A program made the translations under genes and the position numbers. Shown piece after piece: positions 49,151 to 57,317 of a DNA stretch of 64,000 nucleotides. Source of the stretch: a virus (lineage: Duplodnaviria; Caudoviricetes). The notes under the pieces are model-generated. The model saw only the letters and a program-made list of their open reading frames with translations, made no database searches and was not told the DNA's origin. The stretch spans positions 224,001 through 288,000 of IMG/VR virus record IMGVR_UViG_3300037501_000111; one strand, given 5' to 3'. The stretch's first letter is position 1; every line of letters begins with the position of its first letter.

Positions 49151-49369
49151 ATGAGCAACGTAACCGCCGAGCAAGTGACCGCTGGGATTCGCATGGCCGC
49201 AGCAGTGGGGGAAGCCATCCGTGATCTGGGTTCCGTTCCCAGCGGGCATCTGTATGCCAGACTGATGGGACATATGAGCCCGGAGACCTACAACAAGGTC
49301 ATCTCCCTACTGGTCAAGGTGGGTGCGGTCAAAGAGGAGAACCATCTCCTGACATGGGTGGGGAAGTAA
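49151..49369 (+). CDS. Small winged-helix-like hypothetical protein
   Basis: GGAGG RBS; AVGEAIRDLGSVPSGHLYARLMG. Confidence 0.65.
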   Translation: MSNVTAEQVTAGIRMAAAVGEAIRDLGSVPSGHLYARLMGHMSPETYNKVISLLVKVGAVKEENHLLTWVGK

Positions 49370-49464
49370 CAGTCCCATGTTTCGCACGTACGATGATTGG
49401 AAACTTGCTACTCCCCCAGAATACGAGTTTCTTGAGCCGGAGCCTGGGGAGGAAGAAGAAACAC

Positions 49465-49698
49465 ATGAAAACACTGATCCTACTGATGGGTATCCTAACC
49501 CTGATGTGGATGTGCAACTACACGACCCAAAGCCATCCTGACGACTGCTCGGGGACTCAGTGTACCTGGGATTACGGTACCAGGGAGGGGAGTGTGTGCT
49601 GCCCCGAGTCGGCTCCATACTGCGGTAGGGAAGGTACCTCTTGCCCAAAAGGACAATGTTGTGCTAGTCCTGGGGTCAATCTGGACCCGTTGAGGTGA
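49465..49698 (+). CDS. Cys-rich secreted peptide
   Basis: Hydrophobic signal followed by CSGTQC...CCPESAPYCG...CPKGQCC. Confidence 0.6.
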   Translation: MKTLILLMGILTLMWMCNYTTQSHPDDCSGTQCTWDYGTREGSVCCPESAPYCGREGTSCPKGQCCASPGVNLDPLR

Positions 49699-50031
49699 AA
49701 CAAGGTGGCCCTTCGGGGCCATCTCTGTTGAGCAAGGTGGCATCGCTATTACAGGGTACAATGGGCGTGCCAGCGAGTTCAAATGGTCGAAAACTCACCG
49801 TCGCCACGTGCCCAAGTCGGAACCTCGGAAACGGGGAAGGCGTCAACGCGAGCACAGTGCTCGCTCCCATTCACGGGGCCGAGGAATTCAACCCCGATCT
49901 AATTGGTCTCCTATCTGGTGGAGCCCATGAATCCGGCTCATTTTTTACCCCGACCGCACTTACCGCAGCGCCAAAACACCGCAGCAGTAGGGCGTTTGCA
50001 TACATGTAGCATATATGTAGGGAAAGGTAGT

Positions 50032-50047
50032 TGGCATGGTTATGGCA
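50032..50047 (+). promoter_or_regulatory. Sigma54-like promoter motif
   Basis: TGGCATGGTTATGGCA followed by GGGTGCA; upstream ATGTAGGGAAA is shared with the 47351 copy. Confidence 0.5.
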
Positions 50048-50278
50048 GGGTGCAAACGGCGAGCCAACGATACGAACGCAAAAACCGGGCCAAGCGGCCT
50101 CCCATTCACGGCGCATCGCCAGCGAAGGTCGCCGCACCGCAAACGACGCAACGCAAGGTGCAGACATACAGACACGGACCATGTGAGTGGGTATGAGCAA
50201 GAGGGACGGGCTCCCATTCACGGCAAACCGGGCGCCGAAAGCGCCGCAACCCACACACTGACAAGAGGGAAGAAAACA

Positions 50279-50476
50279 ATGGGCAAGATTCTGGTCATCA
50301 TTCTGGCAACGTGTGCGTGTCTCTGGCTGGCCTTCATGCTGGTCGGAACGCGACTGACTAACACGGCCTTCAACGTGCCTGGTACCGAACACACACCCGC
50401 CTTCGGTGTCACCTGGACCATCATCCTGGGCGCGGGGGTGGGGTACGTCATCTATCGCATCGTCAAGGGCAAGTAA
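50279..50476 (+). CDS. Small two-TM membrane protein
   Basis: MGKILVIILATCACLWLAFMLVG...TIILGAGVGYVIYRIVKGK. Confidence 0.7.
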   Translation: MGKILVIILATCACLWLAFMLVGTRLTNTAFNVPGTEHTPAFGVTWTIILGAGVGYVIYRIVKGK

Positions 50477-50489
50477 GAACTAACAAGTT

Positions 50490-50950
50490 TGGGAGCCGAA
50501 AGGTGGACCGTCCACTCTACCAGCTAACGAGAGGCGCAATGCTGATGGGCCATGAGGTATTGGCTTACTGCTGGCGGCTCCCATTCATTGCTACAAATTC
50601 CCAAGGTGGGGCGGTTGAGGAAAGCTGACTCCCCGCCCCAAACAATCCTATAAATTATACTGGGAAGTTCTCGTCAGCATACCTGTCAAAAGCCGAAGGT
50701 GTACTGCTAGCCAGGTGACATGACTCACCTGCGATCTTTTCGACCAAAGGGTAGGAACAATACAGGCTAGGTAGCTACTTCGGTAGTCCAACTGTATGCC
50801 CCAAGGTATAGGCTGATCTCTACCGATTGAGCGGGGTAGGAGACAGGGCAGGTATGCTGACGAGAGCTGGCTAGTCCAGCATAGCTGGAATCCTTTCAGG
50901 CTAGTCCAGCATAGCTGGAATCCTTTCAGGCTAGTCCAGCTGTACCACCA
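50490..50950 (+). ncRNA. Candidate structured non-coding RNA(s)
   Basis: No credible ORF; multiple helices, including an 18 bp long-range pair 50670-50687 / 50847-50864 and a UUCG hairpin. Strand is inferred from the neighbouring genes. Confidence 0.5.
50869..50940 (+). repeat. 30 nt tandem repeat, 2.4 copies
   Basis: GGCTAGTCCAGCATAGCTGGAATCCTTTCA x2 plus GGCTAGTCCAGC; no spacers. Confidence 0.95.
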
Positions 50951-51012
50951 TCCTAGAGATACCTGCGAGGCCTCTATGGAATCCAGACCGAATTACTTAC
51001 AATTCCGAACTG

Positions 51013-51047
51013 GATCTCGACAACACGTAGGGGGATCTAATAGGGGG
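51013..51047. repeat. Second copy of the GATCTCGACAA-N5-AGGGGGATCTA-(A)TAGGGGG element
   Basis: Matches 31880-31913. Confidence 0.85.
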
Positions 51048-51069
51048 TATAGCAGATATACTCCGGAAG

Positions 51070-51276
51070 TTGGGGGATGTGGTAAGCCTGGGCTGGGATG
51101 ACGGCTATCACACGGTCACGGTCTCTCAGGTTCACAAGGACGGGACGGTGGATGTCTTCCGTCCCTACACGGCCACGGCTGACTTTTCATGTGCAGGGCG
51201 AGAGGAGGGATCTTCCTCAGTCATCTGCTACGTGGGAATCGAAGAGGTCAAGGGAACACCGGGTCATGAAGTGTAA
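51070..51276 (+). CDS. Short hypothetical ORF or gene fragment
   Basis: TTG start; VFRPYTATADFS...VICYVGIE; may be N-terminally truncated. Confidence 0.4.
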   Translation: MGDVVSLGWDDGYHTVTVSQVHKDGTVDVFRPYTATADFSCAGREEGSSSVICYVGIEEVKGTPGHEV

Positions 51277-51446
51277 GCAGAGGCTCCCATTCACGGCAAC
51301 CCGAACGCAACGAACGACCAACATAGAACTCGGATTCTGGTTTGGTTTCATTACACTTCGTACAAGTAATCATGCGCAAGATGCAATAGTATGCCCATCT
51401 TGCGCAGAGAAAAACTCCCATTCACGGCATACGGGAAGCGAAAACC

Positions 51447-52079
51447 ATGAGCGATTCCAAAAAGCCGCGAGCCATGACTCCAAAGGGCTTCCTTGCCAAA
51501 GCGACCAGCACCTCGGCTTCCAGCTCTGCCATGGGTTTCTTGAGGCAGTACCGTGAGTATCTCACCACGGGAGAGGTGGCTGAGAAGACCAGCCCCATCA
51601 TCGCCAAGTACGAAGCTGGCGAGCTTCCTGCTTCTCCGGCTCTCAAAGAGATCCAGTATGCCGTGATGACTCACATCATCAAGGCAGAAGAGGACAAGCT
51701 GAATGCTCCCGCTGCCACTGGTGGCGGAGGCGGGACTCGTAAGCCCTGGCGTTGCACGGTCTACGATGCGGCTGGCAATGTCATGAGCCGAACCAACGCC
51801 AAGGGTGAGGTGGAGGATCTCGTCAAGGGGTTCGATCTCTCTCAGAGGGCCAGCGAGTGGGGCGACCGACGACTCTTCGAGGGGACTCACGGCTGGTATG
51901 CCATCGTGGAGCACACCACCATTCCCAACATCTCCAGCCGAATTGAGCGAGGGGATGCGGTGGCACGCATTCTGAAGCAGCCCAAGGGTCCGGTGGTCCA
52001 GGTCAAGAGCAAGAGCACCAAGGCGATCGGCTTTGGAGTCAAAGTCAAGGAAAGCCGGTCCAGTTTCTCCCGAGGCTAA
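51447..52079 (+). CDS. Hypothetical early protein (210 aa)
   Basis: GC3-rich ORF following the motif at 51415. Confidence 0.75.
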   Translation: MSDSKKPRAMTPKGFLAKATSTSASSSAMGFLRQYREYLTTGEVAEKTSPIIAKYEAGELPASPALKEIQYAVMTHIIKAEEDKLNAPAATGGGGGTRKPWRCTVYDAAGNVMSRTNAKGEVEDLVKGFDLSQRASEWGDRRLFEGTHGWYAIVEHTTIPNISSRIERGDAVARILKQPKGPVVQVKSKSTKAIGFGVKVKESRSSFSRG

Positions 52080-52239
52080 CAAGTCAAGCCCAACCACACA
52101 TAGCAGGAGTGGATTGCAGCCTTAGCTGGTCTAACTATCTGAGACTTTAGTGTCGAGTGGTGGGCGAAAGTCTTGGGGCGAGACTATAAAGCGCCCCAAT
52201 TTCTTCGCTCCCATTCACGACTAGCTCGGCGGTAAAGCC

Positions 52240-52701
52240 ATGACGAAGCGAGCATACGACAAGGTTCCTGTCTATAGCCTGCAAGTTGTCAAGGAGCGTA
52301 CTCTCAAGTACCCTGCTGACAAGGTGCCTCACCACATGGCAGCCGCAGCGGTCTTTCAAGCCTACCTGGAAGACAAGGCTTGTGAGCACTTGGCAATCCT
52401 TCTGTTGGATGGGCAATCCAAGATGATTGGAATTGCCACCATCACCATCGGTGGGCTGGATCGCCTGTCTTGCTCAGTCCGAAGTGTCTTTGAGCACGTC
52501 ATTGGTGGGCGGGCTCATGGCTTCATCCTGGGACATAACCATCCCAGCGGTAATGTCCAACCTTCTCCTGAGGATCTGGTTTTCACTCAGAGGGTGATGG
52601 AGGCTAGCGAAATCATTGGGGTTCCCATGCTGGACCACATCATCATCTCGTCTAGCACCAATCGGGACTCTTTGTCTTTCTTGGACAAGGGTTTGTTGTA
52701 A
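52240..52701 (+). CDS. RadC-like JAB domain protein
   Basis: EHLAILLLD, SVRSVF, HNHPSGNVQPSPED, MLDHIII. Confidence 0.9.
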   Translation: MTKRAYDKVPVYSLQVVKERTLKYPADKVPHHMAAAAVFQAYLEDKACEHLAILLLDGQSKMIGIATITIGGLDRLSCSVRSVFEHVIGGRAHGFILGHNHPSGNVQPSPEDLVFTQRVMEASEIIGVPMLDHIIISSSTNRDSLSFLDKGLL

Positions 52702-52836
52702 GGCGGGACGCCTTCGGTAGTTCCCATTCACGGCACATCGCAAACGAAGCTCGGCCCGCTCCCGTCGTCAGATGGGGCGGGCTTGAGGCATTGAAAGAAA
52801 GGGAGCTGTTGCTCCCCATAACACAGGAGCAAAACA

Positions 52837-53013
52837 ATGGAAAACGTCAAGATGTTGGTCAACGGAACGAAGCTCACCATCGAGGTTGATCTCGCCCATC
52901 GTGGTGCGAAGTCTTCCACGGGCAAGACGATTCGAGTGGCGAGCACGGAGGGCAACGTGGAGTGTCCCGAGCACCCGGCCATCAAGGTCGGTCTGAATGT
53001 GTTTACGAAGTAA
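52837..53013 (+). CDS. Small conserved protein, paralogue of 47935..48120
   Basis: Manual translation MENVKMLVNGTKLTIEVDL...SSTGKTIRVASTEGNV...IKVGLNVFTK; AGGAG RBS. Confidence 0.8.
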   Translation: MENVKMLVNGTKLTIEVDLAHRGAKSSTGKTIRVASTEGNVECPEHPAIKVGLNVFTK

Positions 53014-53089
53014 TTCGTAGAACACGCTATCAAGGTTAGTGGCCCCGTAACCTTGATAACAGATGATATATAGTTTCTTAGGAGACTAT

Positions 53090-53430
53090 ATGTCAGAGGA
53101 TTCAAACCGGGGCCAAAAGTTAGAAGCCCATAGAAAAGCAGCTAGAGAATGGGCAAAGCGAGACTACGAGAAAAACAGGAGATGCTAGAGTTGTCATGCG
53201 AAAGAAATGGCGACATGAGCACCCTGAATATGTCTTGCTAAGAAACGCCAAGAGGCGTGCAAAAGAAAAAGGGTTAGAGTTTACCCTAACGGCAGAAGAT
53301 ATCCACATACCTGAAGTTTGTCCTTTACTCGGCATTTTTATTCACCGTAATCTGAATGGCGATAAAGCAACGCCTAACAGTCCGACGTTGGATAGGATTG
53401 ATTCAAGTAAAGGTTATACGAAGGATGGAG
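53090..53430 (+). pseudogene. Truncated, frameshifted HNH-like endonuclease
   Basis: AKRRAKEKGLEFTLT...CPLLG...SPTLDRIDSSKGYTKD; the usual NV...N C-terminus is missing and the frame runs into the next gene. Confidence 0.65.
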
Positions 53431-53438
53431 AGAGAACG

Positions 53439-53699
53439 ATGATCGCAATGCAGTCCGGTATGAAAGGTACGCTGACCGTCCAAGGAATCCCTTGGATGTA
53501 CCTCAGCTACAACTCCAAGGTGGGCTTTGGTTTTGGCCGACATGCCATCATCTTTGACCTTCTGGCCAATTGCTACGTCATCAAAGAAAACGGAGAGACC
53601 GTTTTCGGATCAGGTTCCGTCTCAGAATGTTTGGAGCAAGCGGCTCCGATCGTCTGGGACTACTACGCCAACCAATTCACACCGTCCTGGGAAAAATGA
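53439..53699 (+). CDS. Hypothetical protein
   Basis: GGAG RBS before MIAMQSG. Confidence 0.6.
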   Translation: MIAMQSGMKGTLTVQGIPWMYLSYNSKVGFGFGRHAIIFDLLANCYVIKENGETVFGSGSVSECLEQAAPIVWDYYANQFTPSWEK

Positions 53700-54040
53700 A
53701 ACAGAACATGATTTGCTACAACTGCAATATTGTGCTTGGTGAATGCAATGTTCGTTCCGAGAACTACACACGAGTTGGACTCCAAGTGGAGCGTTTCATT
53801 CGTGAGTATTCTCAATGCGAGATTCGCAGCGGCCAGAATGGTGGCCTCTTCAAGCGCTCGGCTGCGGGCGAAACGGAGACTCCCGAGGAAAAGAAAAAGC
53901 GGGAGTACAACGAGAACCCAAAGAACTTCGAGGCTATCAGGCCAGTATACTGTGAAGCCTGTGGGTGCACGTACAAGAATGGATGTAGCACACACCCATC
54001 CAATGTACAGATTCCACTGGTGAAACCGGCCAAGAAGTAA
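53696..54040 (+). CDS. Cys-rich hypothetical protein
   Basis: ATGA-coupled start MKQNMICYNC; CEAC...C..H. Confidence 0.6.
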   Translation: MKQNMICYNCNIVLGECNVRSENYTRVGLQVERFIREYSQCEIRSGQNGGLFKRSAAGETETPEEKKKREYNENPKNFEAIRPVYCEACGCTYKNGCSTHPSNVQIPLVKPAKK

Positions 54041-54129
54041 CGAACGAACGGCGCTCCCATTCACGGGGCGGCGGTGACGAAAACCGGGCAATCGCCCCAA
54101 CAAGAAACAAAGCAACAGGAGAATCGAAC

Positions 54130-54576
54130 ATGGCATGGGACAAGACGCCCGCTCAAAAGGATGCGGTCAAGGCGTTTCTGGTGACGGTGGATGGCAAGGT
54201 GGACCTGGAGGCCAGCGTGGAGAAGTACCGCGCGGTGTGTCGCCAGTATCTCGCCGGGCAGACGGCAGAGCAGGATCTGATCGCTCTCTGCATGGCGGAG
54301 CTGTTCGACCAGGCTCGTGGTGGCACCCGCAACATCGACTACATCAAGAGCCAGACGGTTCAGCTCATGGCCAAGCGCCACCCGGAGCTGGCTGATCCGA
54401 CTCTCTTCGCCATGCTGAGCGGTCGAGTGGAGGACTACCTCCACGCCAACTGCGACCAGCCGGCGGTGGCGGCCAAGGGCAACAAGCCTGCTCGTGAGGC
54501 CATCACGGGTCGGACGTACGCCAAGAAGATGGGCCAGGGCGGTGGCTTCTATCGGAAGTCCGACTACAAGGGCTGA
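54130..54576 (+). CDS. Hypothetical early protein, paralogue of 62559..62978
   Basis: AGGAG RBS; highly GC3-rich. Confidence 0.8.
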   Translation: MAWDKTPAQKDAVKAFLVTVDGKVDLEASVEKYRAVCRQYLAGQTAEQDLIALCMAELFDQARGGTRNIDYIKSQTVQLMAKRHPELADPTLFAMLSGRVEDYLHANCDQPAVAAKGNKPAREAITGRTYAKKMGQGGGFYRKSDYKG

Positions 54577-54862
54577 GGATAAGTGACCCCAAGGTGGAGC
54601 TGATCCACTTTCTCAAGAAATGGCTCCATCACAAGGCAGCCGATATTCTGCCAGCCCATCGATGATCTGGTGGAACGCCTGAAGGCTTGCTGGACTCGTC
54701 AGTGGTGTAAGGAAAACACGCCCAAGCATTGAGGCGTGGAACGGAATCGGGTTTGGTGTAAGAGGCTGGCCAGTTGACAACGGATCAACGCAGCTAATCC
54801 CAAGTCAAAAACACCCTTTGTTTCCTGATTGGAATAGCGCCACTCTCCCTGACAAAGACAGA

Positions 54863-54955
54863 GGAACGGTTAGCCAAATGGTCATGGTGAGTACGTTCGG
54901 GAGCATCTAGTGGAACTGACCAACCACTAAGACTATGGGTTCGACTCCCATTCAC
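54863..54955 (+). ncRNA. Degenerate tRNA-like element (long variable arm type)
   Basis: D-arm-like TAGCCAAATGGTCATGG, 6 bp variable stem, perfect T arm ATGGG-TTCGACT-CCCAT; acceptor and anticodon stems do not pair. Confidence 0.4.
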
Positions 54956-55011
54956 GGACAAGCGTTCGTGATGCTAGATGAGAGTGACGCTATTCTGCTC
55001 AGGAGATAGTC

Positions 55012-55371
55012 ATGTGCCCGCACAACACTGACAGCCATATCGAGTTATCCAAACTTCCCGCCCTCATCAAAGAGAAGGGATGGTCATGCTCAGAGATTCG
55101 TGGTTACTACGCCCACACTGAGCCTGGATGTTGGTTGCAGGGAGATTCTGGTTACGAGCGTAACGGTACTGCATTCCAAGTCATCGCACGAGAAGATGAC
55201 TTGAAAGTCAGAGTTGGATGGCCAGGACAATTTACCACCACCTATACTTGCTTCTCTGCAATGCAGGTGATGTGGTGGTTGGAGAGGATTCTGGCTTGTC
55301 GCACCTACAATGGTGAGCAGCGTAATGAATGCAAGCGCTGTGACCAAGAACCAGCTAATCAAGTGAGCTGA
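55012..55371 (+). CDS. Hypothetical protein
   Basis: AGGAG RBS; follows the motif at 54945. Confidence 0.65.
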   Translation: MCPHNTDSHIELSKLPALIKEKGWSCSEIRGYYAHTEPGCWLQGDSGYERNGTAFQVIAREDDLKVRVGWPGQFTTTYTCFSAMQVMWWLERILACRTYNGEQRNECKRCDQEPANQVS

Positions 55372-55372
55372 G

Positions 55373-55624
55373 ATGAAAGAGCTATCTTCTATATTCTTTC
55401 TTTTAGTTGGGTGTTCAGCTAGCTCTGAGCCAATCGTTCACGATGGTCAGGATAGTGGATGTGATGATGCTTTCACAATGGAGGATGCTGAAACGTCCTC
55501 TTCTCGCGCGAACGAGTCAACTACCTCAGATGCATCATCAGGTGGTGGCAACAACACCAACCCTCCAACTCAAGGTTGTTGCAAGTGGTACAACAAAACT
55601 TGCGTACAACCATGTGTTAGATAA
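55373..55624 (+). CDS. Putative lipoprotein (may extend to 55730 via a frameshift)
   Basis: Lipobox LLVGC; D/S/A-rich linker; Cys-rich end. Confidence 0.5.
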   Translation: MKELSSIFFLLVGCSASSEPIVHDGQDSGCDDAFTMEDAETSSSRANESTTSDASSGGGNNTNPPTQGCCKWYNKTCVQPCVR

Positions 55625-55774
55625 AGCACAACTGGTGGACCAGATCACTGGGGAGAACATGTGTTGTGCAGTGGAACAATGGGCTACCAGAGAGTCTGGC
55701 CTGATGAAGTTCCACATAAAGACAAGTTGACTCTTGCAGTGGTTACAAGACGCATTACAGAAGTAAAGGCCGTC

Positions 55775-56038
55775 ATGAAGGAATCGTTTTACTTGGCTCT
55801 CGGTCTTTGGCTGCTGGTAGTTGGTTGCCTGAAACCACTTCCTTCTGAGACCACTCCAGTAATGATAGTTGAGATCAAACCTCTTCCTCCAACTAAGGTC
55901 TATGGTGAGATTGTTTCAGTAGAGATAATCGAATCGCCTATCAAGACCTGGCTATCTAAAGAAGAGATAGAAGAGAAACGCCTTCAACAAAAAAATCCTT
56001 GTGCGAAAGGCGACCCACTCTGCGATGTCATTCCCTAA
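55775..56038 (+). CDS. Putative lipoprotein
   Basis: MKESFYLALGLWLLVVGC signal; C-terminal CAKGDPLC. Confidence 0.55.
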   Translation: MKESFYLALGLWLLVVGCLKPLPSETTPVMIVEIKPLPPTKVYGEIVSVEIIESPIKTWLSKEEIEEKRLQQKNPCAKGDPLCDVIP

Positions 56039-56201
56039 CCTCACACACGTAGCCATCAGACAGGGTGGAGTTGTATAATCCTTACCTTCTCCTAATAGAC
56101 ACCTCACTGGTACGAACACAACGGAGATATTTGCTCCTATTGTGAGGAACACAATTACCAGTGAGGGGCTCCCATTCACCGCACGAACGAGGAACGAAAC
56201 C

Positions 56202-56594
56202 ATGAGTGATATCATCGAATTGACGTACAAGAATGATGAGGCTGAGGAAATTACCCTGAAGGTTCCGTCCAAGATGGAAGTCTGCTATGACTGTGAAGGT
56301 CATGGCACGGTTCTCAACGAATCGATGCGGTATCATGCTTATACCTCGGAAGACGAGGAGATGCATGATCCGGAATTCCTTGAGGAATACTTCAAGCGGG
56401 GCGGAATCTATGATGTCCAGTGTCCGACTTGCAAGGGCAAGAATGTCCTTGCGGTTCCTGACGAAGAGGCCATCAACAAGAACGAAGCACTCAAGGCCGA
56501 ATACGAGAAGTACACGGAGTGGAAGGAAGATTCGGACCGTGCTGATGCAGAGTATGAGGCTCTGTGTCGGATGGAACGGATGATGGGCTGCTAA
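56202..56594 (+). CDS. DnaJ-type CxxCxGxG zinc-finger protein
   Basis: VCYDCEGHG, QCPTCKGK; GAGG RBS. Confidence 0.7.
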   Translation: MSDIIELTYKNDEAEEITLKVPSKMEVCYDCEGHGTVLNESMRYHAYTSEDEEMHDPEFLEEYFKRGGIYDVQCPTCKGKNVLAVPDEEAINKNEALKAEYEKYTEWKEDSDRADAEYEALCRMERMMGC

Positions 56595-56885
56595 ATGGAC
56601 ATCCATGAGCTGTCGCTAACGATGGGTCGTCCCGTGGCGGTAATGGGTTTGGATGGCGACAACGATAAGCACATTATGGTTGTTGTTTGTTTGAATCCGC
56701 CCGAAGCCTACGTCAACAAAGACAACAAGCATATTGGTCACATCATCGCAGCCAAAGTAGTCCCGGTCAAGGATGCTGCAATCCTTTCGGAACGAGAACA
56801 TACGGCAGTTATCAGGGCACACTTTGCCTTGAAGGTTGCTTTAGAGGGCGCATATGCTGTACCACCTCCTGATCAATACTGCTAA
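56595..56885 (+). CDS. Hypothetical protein
   Basis: Starts immediately after the upstream stop. Confidence 0.6.
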   Translation: MDIHELSLTMGRPVAVMGLDGDNDKHIMVVVCLNPPEAYVNKDNKHIGHIIAAKVVPVKDAAILSEREHTAVIRAHFALKVALEGAYAVPPPDQYC

Positions 56886-57063
56886 TCTCATCTACCTCGC
56901 ATCCTATACTGCCAAAGACATCAAGTTTTTGCGATGGTTGACGATTGCTGGCATCATCCTTCTGATTCCCTACTACCTGTATACTATGGTCTTTAGGAAG
57001 CAACCGCCTCCAAAGAGTCACATACAGATGGTATCTTTTGGCAAGATCCATCTGGTCATCTAG
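56854..57063 (+). CDS. Small membrane protein resembling the Popeye-domain N-terminal TM segment
   Basis: ANLIYLASYTAKDIKFLRWLTIAGIILLIPYY. Confidence 0.5.
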   Translation: MLYHLLINTANLIYLASYTAKDIKFLRWLTIAGIILLIPYYLYTMVFRKQPPPKSHIQMVSFGKIHLVI

Positions 57064-57141
57064 TCCATATTTCTGGATGGTACAACCGAGTCCAAATCAG
57101 CAATCGCTATGACACTCTCTGGTCTTACGCTCAAAATTGAG

Positions 57142-57282
57142 ATGTCCAAGAAGAAGAAGAAGAAACACGAGCCGCCTAAAAAGCATCGTAAGTACATTCT
57201 CATTGAGGGGTATGTACTCAATGAAAAAACTGGTGAGTTGGAACCATACTATAAAAAAGTATATCCTAAACACAAGGTATAG
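57142..57282 (+). CDS. Small Lys-rich protein (46 aa)
   Basis: Manual translation MSKKKKKKHEPPKKHRKYILIEGYVLNEKTGELEPYYKKVYPKHKV. Confidence 0.45.
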   Translation: MSKKKKKKHEPPKKHRKYILIEGYVLNEKTGELEPYYKKVYPKHKV

Positions 57283-57317
57283 CGGCTCCCATTCACCGCA
57301 CGTCGGGAGCAACCGTC

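Noticed and set aside
50490-50588. Hammerhead ribozyme
   Set aside because: GAAA and stems are present, but CTGATG is followed by G and lies inside a loop rather than at the junction.
50615-50630. RNase P RNA (GAGGAAAG)
   Set aside because: It lacks the following UCC and the matching 3' conserved region.
50869-50940. CRISPR array
   Set aside because: The 30 nt units are directly adjacent with no spacers, and no cas genes are present in the window.
53196-53699. Single 167 aa protein; likewise 42176..42574 as one gene
   Set aside because: Each is a read-through fusion of a broken upstream gene with an independent downstream gene that has its own RBS or coupled ATG.
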